A stretch of DNA of 64,000 nt, from positions 76,260,001 to 76,324,000 of the forward strand of contig OX597827.1 of NCBI GenBank assembly GCA_951406725.2, written 5' to 3'. A program made the position numbers and the translations under genes. The stretch comes from Octopus vulgaris. Taxonomy: Eukaryota. Shown piece by piece: positions 51,819-64,000 of this stretch. Under the pieces are notes generated by a model. That model made no database searches. It was not told where the DNA came from and saw only the letters and a list, made by a program, of their open reading frames with translations. Numbering within the stretch: position 1 is the stretch's first letter; the number at the start of each line of letters is the position of its first letter.

Positions 51819-52187
51819 TAAAGAGACACAAGGTTACACAGAACCTCAGCATCAACGTTAACACTGATTTCTGACATGAATACTTTGTCACAAAAATTAG
51901 GGGAGATGAGCTGTCCATTAAATCAACCCTTGACCATTACATGAGAGAAGAATGAAAGGTAAAACTAACTTTGCCTCAGCTGGATTTGAACTCAGAATGT
52001 AAAGGTTCATAAAGCCAAACAACAACATTGTTCAGATCTTCTTAACTTTAGATTACAATGGAACCCACCCACCAACGAAAAAAAATGAGATGGTGGAAGA
52101 AGATATGTTAGTAGATCTTTCTATTCTTTAATTTTCGTTGAGCCTAAAGGCAGTGAGTTGGCAGAATCATTAGCATGCTGAGCAAAA

Positions 52188-52585
52188 TCTTTATATATAA
52201 AAGTGAAGTTGTGTGTCTGTCTCCTACGATTTAAATTCCTAAATACTCCCACATTTTGCGGTGCAGTTTAACCAAAACCGGGTATCTTATAGTCGTGATT
52301 CATATCGAGCCCTTCTGGGTATTAGCGCGCATCTATGATGAGTCTACGATTTAAAAAACAATTTACCATCATTTTTTTCCATTTAATGCATTTTTATCGC
52401 TATTATATAAGGGAAGTAACTCTCTAAAAATGTCTACAATGTGTCAATGATTTAAAAAAAAATTTACCATCATTTTTTTTCCATTTTTAATGCATTTTTT
52501 TGCTATTTTTTGGCTATAACTCTCTAAAAATGCTTATATAGTTATTTCCCTTACAAACCCGAGCAACGCCGGGCGATACTGCTAG
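52188..52585 (+). mobile_element. Non-autonomous Helitron
   Basis: 5' A|TC start (TCtttatatataaaag), subterminal GC hairpin cccg-agcaacgc-cggg, 3' CTAG|T end, no TSD and an internal duplicated AT-rich block. Confidence 0.8.
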
Positions 52586-52739
52586 TTTTATATAAAAAGG
52601 CAAAGCAAACTGACTATAAACCATTTTTTGATAAATCCTGTAACAGAAGAAAGCGCTAAAAATGTAAATGAAAATATATATAACCATCCAACATTCTGAC
52701 TACCTTGTTATTCTCAATATGCAATATCTGTACCCGCCT

Positions 52740-53473
52740 GACTGGCCCCCATGCCGGTGGCATGTAAAAAGCACCCACTACACTCTCGGAGTGGTTGGCA
52801 TTAGGAAGGGCATCCAGCTGTAGAAACTCTGCCAAATCAAGATTGGAGACTGGTGCAACCATCTGGTTCGCCAGCCCTCAGTCAAAATCGTCCAACCCAT
52901 GCCAGTATGGAAAGTGGATGTTAAACAATGATGATAATGATGATATATATATATATATATATATATTATCATCATCATCATCGCTTAACGTCCGTTTTCC
53001 GTGCTAGCACGGGTTGGACGGTTCGACCGGGGACTGGGAAGCCAGGGGCTGCACCAGGCTCCAGTCTGATCTGGCAGTGTTTCTACAGCTGGATGCCCTT
53101 CCTAACGCCAACCACCCCGCGAGTGTAGTGGGTGCTTTTACGTGCCACCTGCACAGGTGCCAGAGGGGTCTGGCATCGGCCACGATCGGTTGGTGCTTTT
53201 TATGTGCCACCGGCACAGAAGCCAGTCGAGGCGGGGCTGGCATCGGCCATGTTCGGATGGTGCTTTTTATGTGCCACTGGCACAGAAGCCATTCGAGGCG
53301 GGGTTGGCATCGGTCACGTTCGGATGGTGCTTTTTATGTGCCGGTGGCACAGAAGCCAGTCGAGGCGACACTGGCAACGGCCACGTTCGGATGGTGCTTT
53401 TTACGTGCCACCTGCACAGGTGCCAGAGGGGTCTGGCATCGGCCACGATCGGTTGGTGCTTTTTATGTGCCAC

Positions 53474-53478
<5 letters not shown>
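52740..53478. mobile_element. Two family C SINEs tail-to-tail around (TA)n
   Basis: Plus copy 52740-52945 ends in (gat)n. Minus copy 52968-53478 carries six internal repeat units. Confidence 0.85.
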
Positions 53479-53509
<31 letters not shown>

Positions 53510-53839
53510 TCATCATCATATCATGCCAGTGGAGTGTATCAGGAAGCCAGGTATGTGGTCAAATAAAGTCTAGGAGGTCAGGGCTTAAAGGGTTAAAGTA
53601 AAGAGCTGACAGAATTTAACTCATCAGACAATATTTTAAGTGGAATTTCTCCTAGCTTTTTACTGTCTGATTTCAAAACTCCTGCCAAGGTCAACTTTGC
53701 CTTTCTTCCCTTCAGGGTCAATAAAACAAAGTACTGGGAGCCAATGTAATTGGCTTGTCCCCTTCATTCAAAACTACTGGTCCTAAGTCCTCCAACTGAG
53801 TAGCATCCTGTTCTGGGAGAATGTTGTGATCCCTGTTAC

Positions 53840-54293
53840 TTAACCCTTTCATTACCATATTTCTGTTGAGATGCTCTTTGTTTCTTTCAATTAATTTTAA
53901 ATATAACAAAGAATTTAGTAAAATAACTTGGTTATCATTCAGCGAGTGTTAGGAACATTAATTGTGACTAAGGTTTGGTGGAAGATTGTAATTCAAAACT
54001 TAGGAAAACAAGACATTTGTACTACAGAGCCAGAGGCAGTTTCAGTCGGGTTGGTATCAAAAAGGTTAAGAATTGCTTCTCTATTATATATTTTAACCCT
54101 TTTGTTACCATATTTCTGTTGAGATGCTCTGTGTTTCTTTCAATTATTTTAAATATAACAAAGAATTTAGTAAAATAACTTGGTTATCATTCAGCTAGTG
54201 TTAGGAACATAAATTGTGACTAAGGTTTGGTGGAAGATTTTAATTCAGAACTTATGAAAACATGACATTTCTGCTAAAGAGCCAGAGCCGGTT
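53840..54293. mobile_element. Tandem TTAA-bounded MITE units (same family as 34838-35325)
   Basis: TTAACCCT at 53840 to GGTTAA at 54069, linker 54070-54092, second unit from 54093. Confidence 0.78.
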
Positions 54294-54569
54294 AATGCCA
54301 ACCGCTATGCAGAGTGTACTGGGTGCTTTTTATGTGACACCAGCATCCGTACTTCTAACAAGACACTGGTATGAGTGTCTCCTTTGTGATGCTGGCAGAA
54401 GTGGTTTTTACATGGTGCCCGTCATGTGACCCCAGCATGAGTGCTTGTTATGTGGTGCTGACATGGGCCATGAACAACTTACCTGTAAGCATGGGTGACC
54501 AGTTTTATATATGATCTCCTGGAAAACTTGTTGCATCACATCCCTTTAATGATGAATAGTATCTGGATC

Positions 54570-55330
54570 CCTTAAAATGCTCCAAATCTTAATGGATTCA
54601 CTATCACTAAGGATCTCCCATGGTAGACACACATACTTAACATAACTAAAGCCACATTCCCAAAATTAGGCTCTCTCTTCAGGGCCCAGAAAACACCTCA
54701 GCTCCCATTGCTTCCTGACCCTCTACATAGCTCATGTGAAACCCACAATGGATTACTACTTCCATATTTGGGATGATGGTAGTGGTGGTATTGCTATACA
54801 CAAGGCGGCAAGCTGGCAGAGTCGTTAGCACGCCGGTCAAAATGCTTAGCGGTATTTCGTCTGCCGTTACGTTCTGAGTTCAAATCCCGCCGAGGTCGAC
54901 TTTGCCTTTCATTCTTTCGGGGTCGATAAATTAAGTACTAATTACGCACTGGGGTCGATGTAATCAACTTAATCCGTGTGTCTGTCCTTGTTTGTCCACT
55001 CTGTGTTTAGCCCCTTGTGGGTAGTAAAGAAATAGGTATTGCTGTACACATTGGATAACTTAGACACCTTTCAGAAAAAGGCTTTTGATCAACTGACATA
55101 AAGTATCCCCCAGACATGCTCTAGTCTTTGTCCCTCAAACATGCTGTCTCTTCTCACTACCCCCTTTTTTTTTTTATTACTGAAACTACAATGGCTTCTG
55201 TTCCTTACAACTAGCTGGTCTTGTGCCTCAGTCTATTACCTCTCCTCTTCCCATCACCCATTTTTTGTCTATCCTCTACCAGCCTTCACACTTACCAATA
55301 ACCATCCATTCTATCCTCTGGAATTTTGTC
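54570..55330 (+). mobile_element. Decayed L2/Crack/CR1-group LINE RT C-terminal fragment, split by a SINE
   Basis: KLGSLFRA..LYIAHVKPTMDYYFHIWD..LDTFQKKA resembles 'KLG.L.R..LY...VRP.MEY...IW..LD..Q.KA'. Confidence 0.65.
54803..55034 (+). mobile_element. SINE family B monomer with 16-bp TSD
   Basis: ggtattgctatacaca (54787-54802) and ggtattgctgtacaca (55035-55050). Confidence 0.9.
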
Positions 55331-56804
55331 CCAGGTCTTTTCTGCCGTTTTTCACGCGCTACTGTTTAACCCTTTTTACCGCAGTAATCAGATATATTCA
55401 CTCAAAATTTCATTACGTTTAAACTGCAGAAAGTAGTTTTATATACCAATCCATCTTTTGTTGAAGAACGTCAGGTTTGAAACAGTTTTTTGTTGAGACA
55501 GGTTGAGTTTGAGGAGACGTGATTTGTAGAAAATACAAGCCCCCTTTTTTTTAAATATATAGCTTTGGTAGATATTTAACATTACTCAAATATCCACGAA
55601 ATTTAATTTCGCAATTGGAAGATTAAACGAAACGTTAATGGCGTCTGTCTCACCGGTCTTGGAAGGTCTGTAAAGACTATTGGTATTGCCCCTTCTTTCA
55701 GATGAAGCAAATAAAAAAAGCTCATTGGGTAATGTGAGACTCCCTCGTAGGTTTGTAGCTGAAATAGGTGTCAATAATATAAGATGTCGCTGCCGTCCCC
55801 ACCAGAGTCGTCTTAACATTATGAACTCCCGCAAATCAATGTGTAGGGCCCCTTAGTATTTATTTATTGATAGTAAACCACAGCATACATAAATCAGAAT
55901 CGGGCCACTAACCCCGTTGGGCTGTTGAGCAATTGTTCCATGTGCTAGCCCCGATAGTATTTATTTATTGGCAGCATTATAGATCACAATCGGGCCTTCA
56001 GAGATGTGAGGCGTCCCCGGAGCAACTGTCCAATGTAACCATGCCTTAAAACGTCACCACCATCATCATCTCCCATCTTTCACCGTCACTACCTTCACAG
56101 ATGACAACAAAGGAACTGCTAAATAAACTAGCTAAATCATTCTCAAATTACAATCTATCATCTTAAAAAAAAAAGGGAACATTTTGGTTCCTATAATCCC
56201 TAATATGGAAAAAAAAATAATGATGCGATAGTCATGGTTTGAATGTCTTTGATCCATGTCTGCTAGCACAGGGTTAACATGGGGCTAGACAACAGCAACG
56301 AGACACTGAAAGCGCCCACGTATGATCGTTCGACTTGCTAGAAATAGTCGCCAAACCTTTTAAATCGACCCCGACTGAATTACAGAAAGAAGAGTTAGAT
56401 CGGATAAGATAGAACTAAATAGCCTCCCCCCACCCGAAAAAGATGCGATGGTCATGGTTGGTTGGAATACTTTTGATCATAAGTCTGCCCAATCAGAACT
56501 CATCTTGGGTTAAGCAAACAACACTTCCACCACCATCATAACAATAATATTGACAATTCCTCTCTTTTGTGACAATCGAAATGTAGGGTTAGAGGGAGAA
56601 TGGGAGGAAAAAATGTTAAAAACGCGAGAATTTTTTTTTTTTTGAGGTTAGTGAATCAAGTGATCAGCTTCAACGGGGAATCGAAACCGTGTTGCCGGTT
56701 TTATAATTTTGAGGTTTTGACAACTGGAAATTGAGAAACGAATATTGGAGGTGCTACGGTGATAATGTAAGGTTTATCAGCGTAGATAACAACACGAACC
56801 ATCG

Positions 56805-57378
56805 ACAGAACATTTACGCGGTAGATCGAACCGCTAGAAACAACAGCTAACTCTCCCTTAAATCACACTATCATCTTGAAAAAAGGAAGGACAGATAGGA
56901 CAAGCTAATAAGGTAACACTAAATATGCAATACCCGACAGGACGGTCATGGTTGGATTTAATTTTGATCATACATAAATTTGCTTCACCAACAGAACATT
57001 TATGCGGTAGATCGAACCGCTAGAAACAACAGCTAACTCTCCCTTAAATCACACTATCATCTTGAAAAAAAAAAGGAAGGACAGATAGGACAAGCTAATA
57101 AGGTAACACTCACTAAATATGCAATACCCGACAGGACAGTCATGGTTGGATTTAACTTTGATCATACATAAATTTGCTTCACCAACAGAACATTTACGCG
57201 GTAGATCGAACCGCTAGAAACAACAGCTAACTCTCCCTTAAATCACACTATCATCTTGAAAAAAAAGGAAGGACATATAGGACAAGCTAATAAGGTAACA
57301 CTCACTAAATATGCAATACTCGACAGGACGGTCATGGTTGGATTTAACTTTGATCATACATAAAATCTGCTTCACCAG
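56805..57378 (+). repeat. Three near-identical tandem ~190-bp copies of an old dispersed repeat
   Basis: acagaacattta(c/t)gcggtagatcgaaccgctagaaac starts at 56805, 56991 and 57185. Confidence 0.9.
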
Positions 57379-57789
57379 GGATTGGACACGAGTTTAAATA
57401 ACAACAGCACTACAAGTTAGCTTTGGCTCAGTTTTATTTCATACAATGAAGGAAAAAGAGACGATGTATTTATAAAGAAATTAAGACATCGCAAAAAGAC
57501 CAGCTTCGTGGAATCAATAACCATCTTTGACTTTGCTTCTTCCAGTCTGACTTGACAGCAAATCTGACCTAATTTCTCTCTCTTCAGCTTTACACGTAAT
57601 ATCCGCGTACTGGAAAAAATAAAAAAAATATCTAATTTAAATTTAAAACAATCAAATCAGAAATTGTGATAATAAATAATAAAATAATTTAAATTAAGAG
57701 AAGCACAGAAATAAACTTCATAGCGTGTTTTTTTTTAAGTCTTTGACTTTTATTATTATTATCTAAAAATAAAAACCATTTAAAATTTA

Positions 57790-57906
57790 ATTACACACAC
57801 ACATACATATATATATATATGTGTGTGTGTATGTATATAAGTATGTGTGTACGTATGTCTATATTTGTACGTATCCTGTGTAAATATTTATATATATATA
57901 TATATA

Positions 57907-57937
<31 letters not shown>

Positions 57938-58772
57938 CAGTCGGCGTGTATTTATATATATATATATATACATACATGTATTATATATATTTATATTTGA
58001 GTACAAAATATATTTATATATATATACATGTGTGTATGTGTGTGTGTGTGTGTGTGTATACGTATGTGTGTGTGTATGTCTATTTGTATGTAAATATTTA
58101 TATATATATATACATATATGTGTATATATATATCAGTCAGTGTGTATTTATATATACATGCATAATATATATACTTATATTTGTGTATAATATAATATCT
58201 ATATATATATATATATATATAATATATTTATTTATATATATATATATGTGTGTGTATGTATATATATATAATGTAGGTAGCAGTTTACAATATCAAAAAA
58301 GTAGTGCGAGTCTATCGCGATTTAGTGCGGTCTTAACATTAAAAATGGCCACCCAACGTTAAAAGTGTAAAAATTCTCAAGACACACATAAAACAAACAA
58401 ACAAGGCAAAACAAAAGACAATCCAAACAAAAATCCGAGACTTTCAGAAGAACAACAACCGAGCATTAGATGTAATTAAGAGAGGGAAACCGAATAAATA
58501 AATACTGATTGATGTCCACCAAGTAAGTGTAAACTCTGTCTATCAAACACACACATATGTCGTCCCCTCCCCATTGCTCTCTGCATTTCTCTATTCTGCT
58601 GGTGATTAGGTATATATATATATATATGTGTGTATATATGTATGTATATATTTATATATATATATATGTATATATATTGTCTGGGTCTCTGGCAACATGG
58701 TTAAATATCTTGGTGCGTTTTATGCTTCTTTCTCCATGTTATTTGTTACTTTTTATAATGATTGTGTGCATG

Positions 58773-58828
<56 letters not shown>

Positions 58829-58993
58829 TATAGTTTTCATTAAACTCTCACATATACGTTTAAATGTATTTGTGTATATAATATGTATGTGTGTATATAT
58901 ATATATAACCGTTTTTCTAATTCACAAGTTTATCATACAGGAATATATATATATATATATATATATACTGTGTTCTATAAATGCTCAGAATAC

Positions 58994-59033
<40 letters not shown>

Positions 59034-59120
59034 CATACAAATTTAGAAATAATATTTTGTATTGTCTATATTATTGTGCTTGTATATGAATGAATAGATA
59101 ACTGTACATATATATATATC
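57790..59120. repeat. (TA)n/(TG)n-rich low-complexity region
   Basis: Directly visible, interrupted by a unique segment at ~58275-58610. Confidence 0.9.
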
Positions 59121-60127
59121 TGTGTATGTATGTAGAAGGTATTGCAAATAAGTGAATGGAATGTTTCCATGAAAACACACACACACATATCCAGATACAC
59201 ACTCGCTCGCTCACTCGTATGTCTACGAGCGAGTGTTTTTCAAAAGAAACATTATATACATACATGCAGACACACTGTGAATATGTAATCTCGTCCGTTG
59301 TTTATTGTGTCTTGTCTATTTTGGACTAATTCTGACAGATGGTGGTTGTCATTAAATTTCTTGTTTGGGTCGAAAATTGTGCAACTCTCTGTCTAGGAAC
59401 ACACGCCAAAATGTATGGGAGAGCCTCGCTGGCCAGCTTTTATGGAGGGTTGTAGTGTCAGCAGAGGCAGGGGTAACTGAAGGGGAGAGAGAGAGACAGA
59501 GAGAAAAAGAGAAGTAGTAGAAGAAACGAGTAACACACCTTCCTTACATAAAACTAACCAGGAAGAAGCCTCTACGTGGTCGCGTTACCTGCTTGAAAAG
59601 ACAGCTAAATCTACTTCAAATAACTAACACACTACCTTGTTTATAAAAGGGGAGACACACTGGAGGAAGTAGTCCTTGATATCCGAAACGGACGTTGGTG
59701 GTCACGACTGGAATACTCCGAATCATATGTCTGCTCAGTAAGGTCTTCCCTCGTCATACAATCGCTTTCTCTTCGTCTCTTTCGCTCTCATTACTTCAAA
59801 AGTTCCCGCAAGCCCATATGTAAAAAAAAATTTTTTTTTTACGGAAATCGACGGAAAGGTCTACTAGAGACGAAAGATTGCCGGTCTGTGCAAGTGTTGA
59901 TACGAAAGGCAACACGTAGAACTCGACCCCCCACAAATAGAAGCCGAATTCCCTGCAGATCACACGCCCTACCCTCTTAGAAAATAGGACACACCGGGTA
60001 ATGCAATCCAGGATGTATCTGAATACGTAATTTCTTTGATCGTTATCGATCCCTTGGCGGGACTGCACAAGTGACTTACCTACGTCAGCGAAAATACCTT
60101 CGCCGCCACCAAAACCACCACCACCAC

Positions 60128-60161
<34 letters not shown>

Positions 60162-60163
<2 letters not shown>

Positions 60164-61095
60164 GGCGGCGAGCTGGCAGAATCGTTAGCACGCCGGGCAA
60201 AATGCTTAGCGGCATTTCGCCCATCTTTACGTTCTGAGTTCTAATTCTGCCGAGGTCGAATTTGCTTTTCATTCTTTCGAGGTTGATGAAATAACGTACC
60301 AGTTGAGCACTGGGGGTCAATGTAATCGACTACCTACCCCCCTCCCGCAAATTTCAGGCCTACAAAAAGGGTCGTTGTCGTTGAGATGGCAGAATCGTTA
60401 GAGTATCGGAAAAAGTGCTCTTTGATATTTGTGCCGACACTTTTATGTTCTGATTTCAAATCACTCTTGGGTCAACTTGCCTTATATCCCTCTGGGGGTC
60501 AATAAAATGAAGTAGCAGTCAAGTGCTGAGATCGATTGCTGGCCTTGTGCTTCTAAATTAGAGATCATCGTCATTATTATTATTATTGAAGGCAGCGAGC
60601 CGGCAGAATCATTAGCATGCCTGGTGAAATGCTTAGTGGTATTTTGACTGCCGCTATGTTCTGAGTTCAAATTCTGCCGAGGTCGACTTTGCCTTTCATC
60701 CTTTCGGGGTCGATAAATTAAGAACCAGTTACGCACTGGGGTTAATGTAATCGACTAAATCCATTTGTGTGTCCTTGTTTAGCCCCTTGTGGGTAGTAAA
60801 GAAATAGGTATTTTGTCTGCCGTTACGTTCTGATTTCAAATTCTGCCGAGGTCGACTTAGTCTTTCATCCTTTCGGGGTCGATAAATTAAGTACCAGTTA
60901 TGCACTGGGGGGGTCAATGTAATCGACTAAATTCATTTGTGTGTCCTTGTTTGCCCCCTCTGTGTTTAGCCTCTTGTGAGCAATAAAGAAATAAGAATCA
61001 TTAGCATGCCAGGCAAAATGCTTGGCCATATTTCGGCTGTCACTAAATTCTGAGTTCAAATTCCACCGAGGTCGACTTTGCTTTGCATCCTTTCA
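60162..61095 (+). mobile_element. Cluster of about six family B SINE units, all on the plus strand
   Basis: Heads at 60162, ~60385 and 60588, with body restarts at ~60808 and ~60995. Confidence 0.85.
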
Positions 61096-64000
61096 GTAAC
61101 ACTTGTTTACAACAATCATGTAAAGTCAAGGCAGACATACACACACATTTTTAAAGAGACGGTAGAGCTTGGTGGATTCCTTTGGCTTGCCAGCTCCTGT
61201 CAAACCTTTCAACCAATCCATGCCAGCATGAAAAACAGATGTTAAGTAGTGGTGATGATGATGGTGATGATATACAATAGGCTTCTTTCACTTCAGTTTC
61301 CATCTACCAAGTCCACCCTTACTAAGTTTTGGTTGACCTTGCGTTATAGCAGAGAACATTTGTCACCCAGTGGGACTGAACCTGCAACAAACTTGTCAAC
61401 TGCATGACCACACCCACATCCATCATTAATATATACGATAACAGAATCTGTAATGATTCTTAAACTACAAGAGCATCAGAGATTTCAAAGCGTTACCAGG
61501 TATCAAACTTGTGACCTCATGATTGTGGGCCGAATACCCTAACCACAATCCATGTGCCTTCATATAATATATACACGCACACCATACAAACATGCACAGA
61601 GGTTTCCTGTAGTTTCCATTCACAAAGTATTTGTTGACTAGTAGCTATAAGAGAAGACACTTGCCCAAGGTAGGATTGAACCTAAATCACATGGTCATGA
61701 AGCAAATTTCTTAACCACACAGCCATGGGTTCTCATGTCGAACACATATACAGAATTTTGTTCATAATAACAAAGAATTATGAACATGACTTTGTGTAGA
61801 CGTTTGATATGCGATGGGAACATGACAGGGCTGAGATAATCACAAAATGTATATATTTTCCTAAGGGGTGGCCTCTATCGGTTAAGACTGATCAGGCATC
61901 TTCACATGTTTGTGTCAGCCTGGGCAAAATTTTATGAGAAAGTCTAGCAGTGTCCCGTGTGTGCATGTCTCCCTTCTCCTTGCCACCAATGTTTATCCAA
62001 AGGAGAAAGCTTCCACTTTAGACTGATACACCATCCACACCAGTGTCATTACAAATGCCATTTTGGTAATGTAAAAAGCCAGAATAGATTTTGCAAGATG
62101 TCTTGCCTGGCCCTCTAGCTGCTCTGCCAACCTACCATCCTAGCTTGGTACATTTTATTGACCCCCTAAAAGGACGAAGAGCACAGTTGACCTCTGCAGG
62201 AATTGAACTCAGAGCACAACCATCAGAACGAATAGCATAAAATATTCAACCCATCACTGTAACCACTCTGCTAATTCACTACCTTATATATTCTGTAACC
62301 CTTTTGTTACCATATTTAGATCATTTTAACCCTTTTTTAAAAAATATTTTTGATGAAATATATTATTTTTGTTTCAATTAATTTTGATAATTACGAAGAA
62401 TTTGGTAAAATAATTTTGTATCATTATTAAGCTGTAATTTTAATAGGTTTGTCCAACCCATGCTAGCATGGAAAGCGGATGCTAAACGATGATGATGATG
62501 ATTAATCTTTTGTTACTATATTTCTGTTGAAATACACTGCTTTTTCGGGGTTAATAAAATAAGTGCCAGTCAAGCAGTGGGGTTGATGTAATCCACTGGC
62601 CCCTCCCCTCAAAAATCACTGGCCTTTAGCAGAAAGGATTAAGCTGATATTTGGAACAGAAATTAACATGATATGCCGATGGCACGTAAAAAGCATCCGT
62701 GCTGATGGCACGTAAAAAGCACCAACCGATTGTGTCCATTGCCAGCCTCCCCAGGCACCTGTGCTGGTGGCACGTAAAAAGCACCCACTACACTCATGGA
62801 GTGGTTGGCGTTAGGAAGAGCATCCAGCTGTAGAAACACTGCCAGATTAGATTGGAGCCTGGTGCAGCCTCCTGGCTTCCCAGACCCCGGTCGAACTGTC
62901 CAACCCATGCTAGCATGGAAAACGGATGTTAAACGATGATGGTGGGATGTGTTAATCTAGACCACTTTAGCTCTTTAGCATTTTGACTGGCCATATCCAG
63001 CCGAAATATTCTGGGTTTTTTTTTTCCTTTTTGTTCAAACTGGCCAGGTCCAGCTTCTTACACTGACCCTACATTGTCATAGTAAACATAAACAGTCACA
63101 TCATTGACTTCTCAAAACTATGAGATAAATCACAACTGATTCAAAGCAATGTGAATAAACAAGCATTGCTCTGAACTGAATAATCTGAATGCTAATTGGT
63201 TAAAACAGGAAGTTTGTGTTGTAGAAACAGGTCAGTCTCTGTTGGGCTGGTATCAAAAGGCCTAGCGTTATTTCTATTCTTTTGAAATATTTACTAAGCC
63301 AATTACTTGTAGGATTTATTACCAATTCTGTTGTAAAATTCTATTGACATTTGTTTTAGGCGCAATACGAGTCTTTAGAACTCATTTTTAAACTATTATA
63401 AACATTCAGGCATTCTATTGTTCTGTTTCATTCAAGTCAAAAAGTGATGAGCTCTGCAGAATTGTCAGCTCAGATTGTTAGGCAAATTGCTTAGCAACAT
63501 TTCCTCTGGTTTCGTGCTCTGAGTTCAAATGATGCTGAGACCAGCTTTGCCATTCAACCTTTTGCAGTCGATAAAATAAAGTACCAGTTGAGCACTGGGG
63601 TCGATGTAATTCACTTAACCCTTCTCCCTCAAAATTGCTGGCCTCGTGCCAACATTTTGTCTTTTACTTGTTTCAGTCATTAGACTGCGGCCAAGCTGGG
63701 GCACCATCTGGAAAGAGCTTAATCGAACAAATCGACTCCAGTACTTTTTTTTCCCCTAAAGCTTGGTACTTATTCTATCAATCCCTTTTGCCAAACTGCT
63801 AAGTTATGGGTATGTAAACACCGGTTGTCAAGCGATAGTAGGGGACAAACACACTATCTTCATCATCACCATGATCATCATTTAGCCTCCATTTGCCATT
63901 CTGGCATGGGCTGGATGGTTTGACAGGGGACAGCACCAAGCTCCACTGTCTGTTTTAGCATGGTTTTTAGAGCTAGGTGCCCTTCCTAATGCCAACCACA

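Noticed and set aside
53130-53478. CRISPR array
   Set aside because: Spacers are homologous or identical to each other, the array lies inside a eukaryotic SINE and there are no cas genes.
57791-59265. YI/CV/HT-rich ORFs here and at 10639-11209, 18096-18578, 20468-20965 and 36642-38000
   Set aside because: Pure microsatellite translations.

Overview
AT-rich, repeat-dominated animal genomic DNA. The repeat families and the tandem C2H2 gene suggest an octopus or other coleoid cephalopod, inferred from recall rather than a database search. One clear protein-coding gene is present: a minus-strand C2H2 zinc-finger gene with a single coding exon (27809-30595), 16 fingers, a polyQ tract and an N-terminal Ser/His repeat resembling cysteine-less 'ghost' fingers. 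The rest comprises several tRNA-derived SINE families, decayed LINE fragments (RTE, CR1, L2/Crack-like, Tx1/L1), MITEs, a non-autonomous Helitron, minisatellites and microsatellites. Most ORFs in the supplied track are repeat artefacts. The best candidate for an undescribed system occurs twice (13769-14275 and 51254-51818). It is a head-to-head palindromic element with tRNA-like Pol III heads, a minimal hammerhead-ribozyme motif in each arm and flanking target-site duplications, i.e. a putative Penelope-dependent, ribozyme-bearing SINE. At least three further hammerhead-bearing families cluster at 18.1-19.5 kb. A Tx1-type LINE 3' end sitting in (GATA)n shares its terminal ~42 nt with one of the most abundant SINE families. 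All coordinates were read by eye and repeat boundaries are approximate.
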